Assembly (NCBI GenBank): GCA_964016885.1
Contig: OZ024755.1
Span: 30,938,001-31,002,000, forward strand
Direction: 5' to 3'
Length of the DNA: 64,000 bases
Origin: Eledone cirrhosa
Lineage: Eukaryota
The notes under the pieces are model-generated. The model had not been told where the DNA came from and ran no database searches. It was given only the letters and a program-made list of their open reading frames with translations. Positions 13,590-25,500 of the stretch are shown here, piece after piece; the first letter of the stretch is position 1; each line of letters begins with the position of its first letter. Both the position numbers and the translations under genes were made by a program.

Positions 13590-14443
13590 CCAGTGCTGCG
13601 ATGACTGAGATACACATCCTCTTATGGAAGCCTGTCCAGGTGGAACGGTTCAAGCATCTCGGAGCCATGTTCATGAGTGATGGCGGGCAGAAGGCTGAAT
13701 TAAGTGCAAGAATTGCAGGATTTGGTGCAGTAATGCGCCAGCTTCAGCAGTCAGTTATCAGGAGAAGGGAGGTAGGTGTAAAAGTCAAACTTGCCATCTT
13801 CAATTCGGTATTCATGCCAACCCTTATCTATGGTCATGAATCTTGGGAAATGACAGAAAGAATACGATTGTGAATACAAGCCCCAGAAATGGGGTTCCTC
13901 CGAAGGGTCTTTGGAGTAATGTTACTCAATAAAGTGTGTAGCTTGGAGATGAGAGTGTCACTCCAAGTAGAGCTGCTACTTCTCCGAATTGAGAAATCAC
14001 AGCTCCGATACTATGGACATGTGGTTAGAATGTCTCAGGAAAGAATCGCTGGACAGATTTTACGGGCAAAACCAACTGGCAGGAGACCCAAGAGGTAGAC
14101 CCCGGGCAAGATGGTTGGATAACATCCATGAGCTTGGATGGTCTCGCTTGGGGATCCAGCCGGATCATGTTGGAGACAGTTGCATATATGTCAGGACCCT
14201 TTGGAAAGCGTGCCTGAGAACCCTGTCCTCGTGACCCTCCCAGGAATAAGTGGGCGAAGAAGAAGAAGAAGAAGAAGAAGAAGAAGAAGAAGAAGAAGAA
14301 GAAGAAGAAGAAGAAGAAGAAGAAGAAGAAAAAGAAGAAGAAGAAGAAGAAGAAGAAGAAGAAGAAGAAGAAGAAGAAGAAGAAGAAAAAGAAGAAGAAG
14401 AAGAAGAAGAAGAAGAAGAAGAAGAAGAAGAAGAAGAAGAAGA
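13590..14443 (+). mobile_element. 5'-truncated RTE-clade LINE with expanded (GAA)n tail
   Basis: Interrupted RT C-terminal translation (VERFKHLG, MPTLIYGHESW, LRYYGHVVRM, GRRPKR/GRPRARWLD), then CAGGAATAAGTGGGC and (GAA)n. Confidence 0.85.
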
Positions 14444-14634
14444 TTGGTAGTACAAGGCTACACAATTGAGAGATGGAGTAGTGTTCAACTGGCCACAGTA
14501 GTTGGTAAGTATTTATTTCAAAGAAGACTGGAAAGTCTTAGAATTAAAAACAACGTAATGTAACTAAATACCTGAAGGGTTGAATTGGCTTTCAACTCTT
14601 CCTTATAATTCTTGGTTGTGATAATGTGAGAGAT

Positions 14635-14638
14635 CGTT

Positions 14639-14669
<31 letters not shown>

Positions 14670-15071
14670 ATATCAGCATCATCATCGTCATCATGATCAT
14701 CAATATCAGCGTCATCATCATCAGCATCATCATCATCATTATCATCGCCATCATCATCATCACCATCATCATCGTCATATCATCATCGCCATCATCGTCA
14801 TCATCATCATCGTCATCATCATCATCATCATCGTCGCCATCATCACCATCGTCACCATCATCAACATCGTCACCATCGTCACCGTCATCATCATCAATAT
14901 CAGCATCATCATCGTCATAATCATCAATATCAGCATCATCATCGTCATCGTGATCATCAATATCAGCATCATCATCATCATCATCATCATCATCGCCATC
15001 ACCATCAACATCGTCATCATCATCATCATCGTCGCCATCATCACCATCGTCACCATCATCAACATCGTCAC

Positions 15072-15113
<42 letters not shown>

Positions 15114-15115
15114 TA
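14635..15115. repeat. (CAT)n-based compound microsatellite
   Basis: CAT/CGT/CAC trinucleotide run. Confidence 0.95.
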
Positions 15116-15144
15116 ACACCACCATATTTTCAACAGTTTCAATT

Positions 15145-15405
15145 ATTCCTTGAGAGGGTCGTGGGGGCAGAGTACCCAAACACTCCCTCCAGTGGGTCCT
15201 GTCAGAAGTAACTGTCTCCAACTGATCCGACTAGATCCCCAAGCGAGACCAGCCAAGCTCATGGATGTTATCCAACCATCTTGATTAGGGTCTACCCCTG
15301 GGTCTCCTGTCAGTTGGTTTTGCCCGTAAAATCTGTCCAGTGATTCTCAGAATCGGAGCTGTGATCTCTTAATTCGGAGAAGTAGGACTCTAGCAGGAGT
15401 GACTC
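15145..15405 (-). mobile_element. RTE LINE 3' fragment, inverted relative to the 13590 copy
   Basis: Reverse complement matches 13960-14245. Confidence 0.8.
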
Positions 15406-15671
15406 GGTGGAGTGGCAGTATCGGTAGAAGGTCTGACGCCCTGCTTTGCAGCATAGAGTTACTGCCCTTGCCATTCTGAGTTCAAATCCCGCCGAGCTTA
15501 ACTTTGCCTTTCATCCTTACGTGGTCGATAAAATAAAGTACCAGTAATGTACTAGGATACTTGCTGGCCTTGTGCCAAAAGTAGAAACAATTATTATAAA
15601 ATTATTATTCACTCACGAGTGCATTTAGATATCCACCACATTAAGAGCGAAAATAAATTTTGTTTTATATA

Positions 15672-15874
15672 TATACTAGCAGAATGGCCCGGCGTTGCTC
15701 GGGAGTTGCTCTAGGATTCTTATATATTTGATATATATTTATCCTTATCGAGCCTCGTGAAATAAATACGTTTGTTTATATTTTGTTATTGTGTATGCAA
15801 AAATATCTGTACATGAATATATAATTATATATATATATATATATATATATAATAGAGTATATGTTCCTACACGC

Positions 15875-15914
<40 letters not shown>

Positions 15915-16163
15915 TAACAGATTAAAGTTTAAGCAAAGAATCGCTGCTTTCACCCTTAACGGGATCTTCTGAAACTAAAAAATCAATCTGTTAACGCAGA
16001 AGTAAATATTTCGAAAAACGTTACACACTATATATATATATATATTAAAATAACAGATTAAAGTTTAAGCAAAGAATCGCTGCTTTCACCCTTAACGGGA
16101 TCTTCTGAAACTAAAAAATCAATCTGTTAACGCAGAAGTAAATATTTCGAAAAACGTTACACA

Positions 16164-16229
<66 letters not shown>

Positions 16230-16340
16230 TATATATATATATATACACACACATATAGCGTCATAATGTCGTAATGCAGACAGCCAGACATACAGACAGC
16301 CAGACATACAGACAGATATTATAAGGGCGCAACGTTATAT
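15672..16340 (+). mobile_element. Helitron/Helentron-like non-autonomous element
   Basis: Starts TACTAGC..CCCGGCGTTGCTCGGG (hairpin) and ends in a (CAGA)n-type microsatellite as in DINE-1/HINE elements. Contains a duplicated ~125-bp insert. Confidence 0.5.
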
Positions 16341-16499
16341 CTATGTATCTATCTAAAAAGAAAGACTGTGTGTACGTGGGGTGGGGTGTAAGTCAGTGTG
16401 TGTGCGTGTGGATGGAGAGGGGTCAGAGGCGTGGGGGAAAGGGGTCGTGCGGAGTCTGGAGGCCGAGTGTGTGTGTGTTTTTGTGTGGTGTGGATGTGT

Positions 16500-17988
16500 G
16501 GTTATGTGTGTACGAAAAATAGTGTAAGTGTTTGTGTGTGTGTGTGTTCCTGGATGTTTTCCCGCAGAGTATAGGAATAGATGTTGAAAATTCCGAGTAT
16601 AGCAGGGCGGATGCCTGGAGCGGTGGACCAGTGATGTAGAATCCTTAGTATGGTGTTGAGGAAGTAGAGAGTTGTGGGGTGCGCGCGCAACAGGAAGTGG
16701 TCAGAGGGTCAAGGCAGGGCGAAGGATGGGGGAGGGAGGATGGATATAGCAGTCCGAAGGTGACAATCAAGCAGTGGTGGGGAGGAAGGCAGACGGAACC
16801 GTGTTAGAGATGATCTGTATGTGGTGTGGAATGTGTGTATGTGTGTGCGGAGGTGCGGTGGACAGGGGAGGGGAGGGGTATGTGTGAAAGGTTGAGGGAG
16901 AGGGTGGGGTGTGGGGTGTGTATTAATGGAGGTGTTACTGGGATGTGTGTGTGTGGGGGGGGGGGGGGGGGGTAGTGCTGGGGAAAGAGAGAGAGAAGGT
17001 GCTGGGGGACAGTATGAGTGAGTGTAATGTACTGGTGTATGTGTGCGTGTTTGGGTATGAGTGTGTGTGTGTGTGTGTGTGGTAGAGTGGGTGTTAGTAG
17101 TATTGGTTGTGGGGGGTTGAATTCGGGTGTATGATGGGGGTTAGTGGTGGTAGTGTGGGTGTGGATCGGGTGATGTATCGGTGTGTGCGTGGGTGTGGGT
17201 GAGTGTATGTGTGATGGCGTGTGTTCGTGTGTGGTGAGGGGGAAGGTGAGTTGGGGGCGGGGGATGTTCAGTATTATTGGTGGTGGGTGGTCGGATGTGG
17301 GTCTGTGGGTGGAGGTTAGTGGTGGTAGTAGGGTGTAGTGTGAGTGAGTGTATATATGTACTAGTGGGTGGGTGTGTGTTGAGGGCGTGGGTGCGAGTGT
17401 GATGGGGAGGGGTGGGAGTGGGAGTATCATTAGTTGTGGGGTGGGCCGAGGGGATGGGGGGCGGGATGGCTGGAAGTGGAGGGGACGGTGAAACTTGGGA
17501 GTGTTTTAGTGGTGTTAGTTGGGGGGGTGTAGGAGAGGGGGGGGCACTGTCGAAGGCTAAAGGAAGAGGGGGTGGGGAGTTCAGGCCGGGGGGTATGTGT
17601 GGGTCTGTGGGGTGAAGATGGTAAGGGCGGTGGAACGGTGTACTGCGCGGGCGCGAGTGAGGGCGGCGTGGGCGAGGGAGGAGGGTAACCTCTCCGAATG
17701 AAATGGTTGACCAGGGACATGGCCTGGGACTGGAAGTCAGCATCTCAGCTGCAGAGGGGGCGGATCCGGAGGAGTTGGGAGTAGGGAGTGGAGTGTTTGT
17801 TGTGTGGGAGGAGGTGAAGTCGAGGTAGGAGTGGGAGTCGGTGGGTTTCAAGAAGACGGAGGTGACGAGGGAGAGGTAAGAGGGGGTCGATGGCGACGGA
17901 GATGTCCAAGAAGTGGACGTGGGTGGTGGAGATAGAGGTGGTGAAGGGGAGGGAGGGGTGGAAGGAGCAGAAGAAGGAGAGAAAGGCG

Positions 17989-17992
<4 letters not shown>
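16500..17992 (-). mobile_element. Degenerate Penelope-like element: RT C-terminus/thumb and low-complexity tail
   Basis: Frameshifted peptides FHPSLPFT..HFLDISV, TSVFLKPTDSHSYLDFTSSH, PYSQLLRIRPLCS and FIRRGYP match Penelope RT motifs at 17680-17992. The left boundary is uncertain. Confidence 0.75.
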
Positions 17993-18058
<66 letters not shown>

Positions 18059-18260
18059 ACGGAGGAAATGTGGTAATGAACCAGGTGGACCATAACGCAC
18101 CAAAGTACTCAATACCTAGGGTAGTAGAGTGGGTAATAGGAACGAGTAGGACCCCGACGGCAGCGCTCAACCCGTTTCGACGGCTAATTCTGGACTGAAT
18201 TAGCCGTCCAGAATTAGCCGTCGAAACGGCTTGAGCTCAGCCGTCGGGGTCCTACTCGTT

Positions 18261-18266
<6 letters not shown>
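18059..18266 (-). mobile_element. Fold-back pLTR-like element (same family as 8845)
   Basis: Tail plus palindrome TAGGAACGAGTAGGACCCC...GGGGTCCTACTCGTTCCTA, lying between (TA)n runs next to the Penelope RT fragment. Confidence 0.6.
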
Positions 18267-18334
<68 letters not shown>

Positions 18335-18475
18335 AAAGTTAAACAAGGTTCAATGAATACATCAAAGAATGAGTTTTACAATAGATTGGAAGCACTCAAC
18401 AGTTAAGGTTTACTATGACTGAACGTTAACCATCTACTATGTCAGGGTATGTCATGTATCATCCATTTTATCATC

Positions 18476-18542
18476 TATTTTATCTGATGAGGGCGTACTG
18501 TTAAACTTAACTCAGTACCTCTGAAATATGTATAATAAAATA
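18476..18542 (+). ncRNA. Minimal type I hammerhead ribozyme motif
   Basis: Stem I TATTTTAT/ATAAAATA, core CTGATGA (18484), stem II GGGCGTACTG/CAGTACCTCT, GAAA (18523), short self-complementary stem III ATATGTAT. Predicted cleavage after AUA at 18534. Confidence 0.6.
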
Positions 18543-18585
18543 TAATTGATCACAAGAATATCTATTTTGTTAATATTTTGAAATA

Positions 18586-18639
<54 letters not shown>

Positions 18640-18641
<2 letters not shown>

Positions 18642-18790
18642 TAGGAACGAGTAGGACCTGAATTAGCCGTCGAAACGGCTTGAGCTCAGCCGTCGGGGTC
18701 CTACTCGTTCCTATTACCCACTCTACTACCCTAAGTATTGAGTACTTTGGTGCGTTATGGTCCACCTGGTTCCTTACCACATTTCTTCCA
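18640..18790 (+). mobile_element. Fold-back pLTR-like element, internally deleted copy
   Basis: Same arms and tail as the 8845 copy, with a shortened left arm. Confidence 0.6.
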
Positions 18791-19185
18791 TTTATTTAAT
18801 ATCATAATACTTACTCCAGAAATCTATCGAGTGGTCTGAATCAATTGTAAACAACTATATTTGTTGCATTTCCAACAAATTAAATATCCCTTCTACATAT
18901 ATATATATATATATATACAAATATAAATTTAGCGAGAATCGCATTTCGGCGGGTAGAAATTAGCGAAACGCAACTTCCATATTGTGCAGACAAGCGCTCC
19001 ATGGATATGAAGAAGATACCAGAACTATAAACATAAGTTAAAATGGTCATACACGCTGAGACGATGGTTAAGAAGCCATTAACCACCATAGCCAAAAAAG
19101 CGAACAAGCTAAACGGGTCAAACAAAATGAGATATGAATGAAATATTTACCCGGACCCTCGGGGAATAAATATATATATATATAT

Positions 19186-19326
19186 CGAGATGAAGGGGCA
19201 GCCATCGGCGTCAGCATAGCTGGTGATATTGCCAACCTATTTATGGTATAGTGGGAAAGGAAACTCAGAGAATGCCTAGCAGAGAACTCCATAGCCCCCG
19301 TCATGAACTCTCGTTACGTAGATAGT
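19186..19326 (+). mobile_element. Penelope-like RT core fragment
   Basis: Translates GAAIGVSIAGDIANLFMV*WERKL...PVMNSRYVD, matching the GxxMGS..ANLFM..RYVDD motifs. Flanked by (TA)n. Confidence 0.65.
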
Positions 19327-19327
19327 A

Positions 19328-19380
<53 letters not shown>

Positions 19381-19396
19381 TTATATTTATATATAT

Positions 19397-19559
19397 AGTA
19401 AAATTCCGTTATAACGGAGTATTAAAAAAATTCGTTCTAACGAAAAATTCTTTATAACGAGATCGACCCAACACATTGAGCGTGTGGCCGGGCATTGAGA
19501 AAAATTTCGTTATACTGAAAAATTCGTTATAATGGTATTCGTTATAACGGAATTTTACT

Positions 19560-19563
<4 letters not shown>
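19397..19563. mobile_element. pogo/Tigger-like MITE
   Basis: TIRs AGTAAAATTCCGTTATAACG / CGTTATAACGGAATTTTACT in a TA context. A second copy lies at ~35317-35480. Confidence 0.7.
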
Positions 19564-19597
<34 letters not shown>

Positions 19598-19598
<1 letters not shown>

Positions 19599-20103
19599 TG
19601 AGGAGGGTGACTTTGGACATCCTGCAGGACTAAAAACAAAACCTGTCAAAGGGCAAAGGAGCTCTTAAGAGTCAATGGCCATCCAAAATCACTGGGAGAG
19701 ATGACCCCTTAGCCTTTGTCAAGGCAGAATTCTAGGAGAAGGAAAACTCTGATATAACACCTGCAACCCTGATGGTATCCAATGATGTTGACTTGTTCTT
19801 CTTTTTGGTAAATATCATCTTGGTTAAGAGAGTGGGACTGGCTTTGTGCAGTGCCTTTGCTCACTATAAAAGCTTCACGGCACAGGCATTGCTTTATATC
19901 TGGAGATCTCTCTGCACTTGCCGTCACATGGTACCATGGGCCCAGCACTATGTGTCAATAATTGTCACAAGTGTAGTGTTTGTACCAGAGTTTTCAAGTC
20001 GCTGACTGGACTAAAAAGTCACACTCGTTCAGCGCATCGGTAGGGGTTCTCCTACATGGATATAAAGTAGTGGCCGTACTCGAAAACGAGTTGGCAGCCA
20101 CCA
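19598..20103 (+). mobile_element. Second copy of the non-autonomous retroelement at 4205
   Basis: Near-identical to 4312-4817. Confidence 0.65.
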
Positions 20104-20252
20104 TATATATATATATATACGTATATATATATATAATTGTTTCTACATTTGGCACAAGGCCAGTAATTATCCTAGTGTATTACTGGTACTTTATTTTATC
20201 GACCTCCGTGAGGATGAAAGGCAAAGTTAACCTCGGCGGGATTTGAACTCAG

Positions 20253-20280
20253 AATAATGGCGCGCGTACGCACGTCAGAG
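20253..20280 (+). promoter_or_regulatory. Probable MRPL50 proximal promoter motif cluster
   Basis: AATAATGGCGCGCGTACGCACGTCA is a CpG-rich patch with YY1-like (ATGGCG), E2F/NRF1-like (GCGCGTACGC) and CRE half-site (ACGTCA) motifs, about 150 bp upstream of the ATG. Confidence 0.45.
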
Positions 20281-20425
20281 TTCGCTTCTACACTGTGTCA
20301 GAGTATATTAAACAATAGTCAATTAGAGTCACCTCCCTTAGATTATTATTTCCTCTCCCCTTTCTCTCTCTATGTTATGATGTGCTAGACATAACTAGTC
20401 GTATTTTTAACCCAGCAAGGTAACA

Positions 20426-20509
20426 ATGTCGTCCTTGTGTAGAACGTTATTAAAACATGTTACTGTGGCACCTTTAGAAAATACTTCTGTTGCTCCTTTC
20501 CTTATTCAA
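20426..20509 (+). CDS. MRPL50: Mitochondrial ribosomal protein L50, exon 1
   Basis: MSSLCRTLLKHVTVAPLENTSVAPFLIQ resembles a mitochondrial presequence. Donor CAA|gtaagt, phase 0, in frame with the next exon. Confidence 0.7.
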
Positions 20510-21094
20510 GTAAGTTGTTTTAATATAGAGCCTTTTCTTGTTAGCGCTTTAATATAGAACCTTTTCTATGAATTTTACATCGTAACCATTATACCTTTAT
20601 ATTTATTATCTTCCTTTTATTCACAAATGTTTACATATAGGATCGTGCTTTGGCTATGGCAGATAGACCCAACCCTGGGTCATACATTTTACTAAACCTC
20701 ATATAATCCAGTAATAGACACATTATGTTTGTCCTGTCGTTTCTATTATGATTCTTATTATATTTATTTCTTCTGATGTTTCTCTTAAAGCAAGTCCCGA
20801 AATGTTTTTACTTCAAGTGTAATGATTAAGAAATAAATATTTCTTTTTGTGTGTCTGTGTGTGAATTTTTTCTTTTTTCATCAAATTTAACGACAGTTTC
20901 GTTTGTAAATAAATGTTATATTTGTGTTGTTTTTGTTATTTTAGCCATTAAAATACACCGATAGTGTTGGATTCACTAATAATATTAATATTAACCTAGA
21001 TACAAGGTCACACACATTTTAGGGTCAGATGTCAGATTGAATCGAGTTAAGTACTTCACTGGTTACCGATTTGACACAAAACATATTTTAGCGG

Positions 21095-22370
21095 TGAAGG
21101 TATTGTTACAAAGCTGTAATAGCCACCCCACTTCACGGGACTCCTTCCTCAGGCGGGCTGCTGTCTTACCGATTTTGCAAAGGAAATCGGCAGTGTGGGG
21201 TCCAGAGGACACCAGAGATCTCGACAGTAACCCGTACGAAAAGGAAGCCGTCGGTCAAGCCCCAGTATTTGTTTAATTGTGGATGGCGATTCCTAGGTTT
21301 GTCACCGAACTGACAAGGCTGGAGACAAAGAATGAGTCGCAATACGTCTCGTCCCGGATTAGGGATTTATCTCCTTCAAATGGTAAGAGGTTTATTCTGT
21401 CGGGACTCTTACCATCGCCACGATCGAGTCTAGCTGGTTCTAGTTGTGACAGGAAGCCAGCTTGATGATGTCGTTCAGAGCAGCATGGTGGGGGAACAGG
21501 CCTTTGCTAAGTCAACATGACAGCAGGTGCTGGCAAAACTCGTCAACAACAGCCCATATCAGCATTTCTGTGACCTGCACACATGGGGGCCGAGGCGCTG
21601 AGCTATTCCAATACGCATGTGCTCATTAAAAAGGTGTAGGTTGATGAGGAGGGCTTCGAATAGAGCCATGTGCCGCTGTTTGGTTGCAAGGCAAAGAGGA
21701 GGCATACTAGATGGTGTTGGTCCAAGGAAGACTCAATCTGCCTGAAGAAAGACCTGCATTTGATGTCATTCCAGTTATGTTGGACATCTGTATACTGGGG
21801 GATGGGGAGGCCTTTGTTGGTCCAATCAACCAGAGCTGACTCCAGTTCCTGGGCCACATCAGATTCTGTCATCTTGTGGTGATGACGATGTGGCTGGAAA
21901 AGATTGAGGAGAGATAAGTCAGCATTGCTAGGTCTGAAGTGGATCGGAGGCTAAGGCCACCAAATTTCCGAGGGAATTGCCTGTCGATGCTGATGAAACT
22001 AATATTACATATGAGTTCAGTACAACGTCGAATGGTGGCATCAAATTAAACAAGCCGATCTGCAAAAGGTTGACAAAATGCACCATAAGTGTGTGTAGAG
22101 TTTGGCAATGGCACAACAGTTCCTCTGGAGGAAAAGTGTCGGGTGCACCTCAATGTGGAGCAATCTCTCTGTCAAGCTCATCAAATCTGCATGCTTGGTC
22201 GCTAGGCACTCTCATATGGCTTTCAGGAGAATTGAAGTGCCAAGAATGTAGACAGCATCTTTCAGTGTTAGTCAAGCCTTAGTCAGGACAGGCTGGATGC
22301 TGAGTACAGTGTCTTGGAATTCAGCTTCAAACTTGGACTCAGATCAGAACACACCACAAACAGCCCTTGC
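21095..22370 (-). mobile_element. Degenerate CRE-clade (restriction-like endonuclease) non-LTR retrotransposon fragment
   Basis: Minus-strand peptides SGTWLYSKP, HHAALNDII and RGDGKSPDRINLLPFEGDKSLIRDETYCD resemble the SGAWL..P / RH..LNDII / RGDGKRPDG..W..GK.L.WD.TC.D motifs. Confidence 0.65.
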
Positions 22371-22501
22371 ATTCTTTTTTCATATATAAAACCATGTCAG
22401 AAGATAGATACTTATTCATTTCTTTCTGACAACAAAGTAAAAGTTATTAATTATTCACCTTGTTGTTTCTGCTGCATAATATTTTGATATTTTGCCATAA
22501 C

Positions 22502-25500
22502 CTGAGTTCGGTTCAGACCTTGTCAGTGACTGATTTTGGTTTAGGTCTCGTCAGTGACTGATTTTGGTTTAGGTCTCGTCAGTGACTGAGTTTGGTTTAG
22601 GTCTTGTCAGTGACTGAGTTTGGTTCAGGTCTTGTCATTGACTGAGTTGGTTCAGGTCTTGTCATTGACTGAGCTTGGTTCAGGTCTTGTCATTGACTGA
22701 GTTTGGTTCAGGTCTTGTCAGTGACTGAGCTTGGTTCAGGTCTTGTCAGTGACTGAGTTGGTTCAGGTCTTGTCAGTGACTGAGCTTGGTTCAGGTCTTG
22801 TCAGTGACTGAGTTTGGTTCAGGTCTTGTCAGTGACTGAGTTTGGTTCAGGTCTTGTCAGTGACTGAGCTTGGTTCAGGTCTTGTCAGTGACTGAGTTTG
22901 GTTCAGGTCTTGTCAGTGACTGAGTTTGGTTCAGGTCTTGTCGGTGACTGAGTTGGTTCAGGTCTTGTCAGTGACTGAGTTTGGTTCAGGTCTTGTCAGT
23001 GACTGAGTTTGGTTCAGGTCTTGTCAGTGACTGAGTTTGGTTCAGGTCTTGTCAATGACTGAGTTTGGTTCAGGTCTTGTCATTGACTGAGCTTGGTTCA
23101 GGTCTTGTCAGTGACTGAGTTGGTTCAGGTCTTGTCGGTGACTGAGTTTGGTTCAGGTCTTGTCAGTGACTGAGTTTGGTTCAGGTCTTGTCGGTGACTG
23201 AGTTGGTTCAGGTCTTGTCAGTGACTGAGTTGGTTCAGGTCTTGTCGGTGACTGAGTTTGGTTCAGGTCTTGTCGGTGACTGAGTTGGTTCAGGTCTTGT
23301 CAGTGACTGAGTTGGTTCAGGTCTTGTCAGTGACTGAGTTTGGTTCAGGTCTTGTCGGTGACTGAGTTTGGTTCAGGTCTTGTCGGTGACTGAGTTTGGT
23401 TCAGGTCTTGTCGGTGACTGAGTTTGGTTCAGGTCTTGTCGGTGACTGAGTTTGGTTCAGGTCTTGTCGGTGACTGAGTTTGGTTCAGGTCTTGTCAGTG
23501 ACTGAGTTTGGTTCAGGTCTTGTCGGTGACTGAGTTTGGTTCAGGTCTTGTCAGTGACTGAGTTTGGTTCAGGTCTTGTCGGTGACTGAGTTGGTTCAGG
23601 TCTTGTCAGTGACTGAGTTGGTTCAGGTCTTGTCAGTGACTGAGTTTGGTTCAGGTCTTGTCGGTGACTGAGTTGGTTCAGGTCTTGTCGGTGACTGAGT
23701 TGGTTCAGGTCTTGTCGGTGACTGAGTTGGTTCAGGTCTTGTCGGTGACTGAGTTGGTTCAGGTCTTGTCGGTGACTGAGTTGGTTCAGGTCTTGTCGGT
23801 GACTGAGTTGGTTCAGGTCTTGTCAGTGACTGAGTTTGGTTCAGGTCTTGTCGGTGACTGAGTTGGTTCAGGTCTTGTCGGTGACTGAGTTTGGTTCAGG
23901 TCTTGTCAGTGACTGAGTTTGGTTCAGGTCTTGTCGGTGACTGAGTTGGTTCAGGTCTTGTCAGTGACTGAGTTGGTTCAGGTCTTGTCAGTGACTGAGT
24001 TTGGTTCAGGTCTTGTCGGTGACTGAGTTGGTTCAGGTCTTGTCAGTGACTGAGTTTGGTTCAGGTCTTGTCAGTGACTGAGTTGGTTCAGGTCTTGTCA
24101 GTGACTGAGTTTGGTTCAGGTCTTGTCGGTGACTGAGTTGGTTCAGGTCTTGTCGGTGACTGAGTTGGTTCAGGTCTTGTCAGTGACTGAGTTTGGTTCA
24201 GGTCTTGTCAGTGACTGAGTTTGGTTCAGGTCTTGTCGGTGACTGAGTTGGTTCAGGTCTTGTCAGTGACTGAGTTGGTTCAGGTCTTGTCAGTGACTGA
24301 GTTGGTTCAGGTCTTGTCGGTGACTGAGTTGGTTCAGGTCTTGTCAGTGACTGAGTTTGGTTCAGGTCTTGTCAGTGACTGAGTTGGTTCAGGTCTTGTC
24401 AGTGACTGAGTTTGGTTCAGGTCTTGTCGGTGACTGAGTTGGTTCAGGTCTTGTCAGTGACTGAGTTTGGTTCAGGTCTTGTCAGTGACTGAGTTGGTTC
24501 AGGTCTTGTCAGTGACTGAGTTTGGTTCAGGTCTTGTCGGTGACTGAGTTGGTTCAGGTCTTGTCAGTGACTGAGTTTGGTTCAGGTCTTGTCAGTGACT
24601 GAGTTGGTTCAGGTCTTGTCGGTGACTGAGTTGGTTCAGGTCTTGTCATTGACTGAGTTTGGTTCAGGTCTTGTCGGTGACTGAGTTGGTTCAGGTCTTG
24701 TCAGTGACTGAGTTTGGTTCAGGTCTTGTCAGTGACTGAGTTGGTTCAGGTCTTGTCAGTGACTGAGTTTGGTTCAGGTCTTGTCAGTGACTGAGTTTGG
24801 TTCAGGTCTTGTCAGTGACTGAGTTGGTTCAGGTCTTGTTGGTGACTGAGTTGGTTCAGGTCTTGTCATTGACTGAGTTGGTTCAGGTCTTGTCAGTGAC
24901 TGAGCTTGGTTCAGGTCTTGTCAGTGACTGAGTTGGTTCAGGTCTTGTCATTGACTGAGTTGGTTCAGGTCTTGTCATTGACTGAGCTTGGTTCAGGTCT
25001 TGTCATTGACTGAGTTGGTTCAGGTCTTGTCATTGACTGAGTTGGTTCAGGTCTTGTCAGTGACTGAGTTGGTTCAGGTCTTGTCAGTGACTGAGTTGGT
25101 TCAGGTCTTGTCAGTGACTGAGCCTGGTTCAGGTCTTGTCAGTGACTGAGTTGGTTCAGGTCTTGTCATTGACTGAGTTGGTTCAGGTCTTGTCAGTGAC
25201 TGAGCTTGGTTCAGGTCTTGTCAGTGACTGAGTTTGGTTCAGGTCTTGTCAGTGACTGAGTTTGGTTCAGGTCTTGTCAGTGACTGAGCTTGGTTCAGGT
25301 CTTGTCAGTGACTGAGTTTGGTTCAGGTCTTGTCAGTGACTGAGTTTGGTTCAGGTCTTGTCAGTGACTGAGTTTGGTTCAGGTCTTGTCGGTGACTGAG
25401 TTGGTTCAGGTCTTGTCAGTGACTGAGTTTGGTTCAGGTCTTGTCAGTGACTGAGTTTGGTTCAGGTCTTGTCAGTGACTGAGTTTGGTTCAGGTCTTGT

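Noticed and set aside
16804-18112. Pro/His/Thr-rich ORFs of 208 and 323 aa
   Set aside because: Low-complexity, frameshifted remains of a Penelope-like element, joined across a (TA)n run.
20640-20706. Additional MRPL50 exon (tag|GATCGT...ATGGCAGAT)
   Set aside because: Short frames end in stops, there is no good donor, and exon 1 already joins exon 2 in frame.
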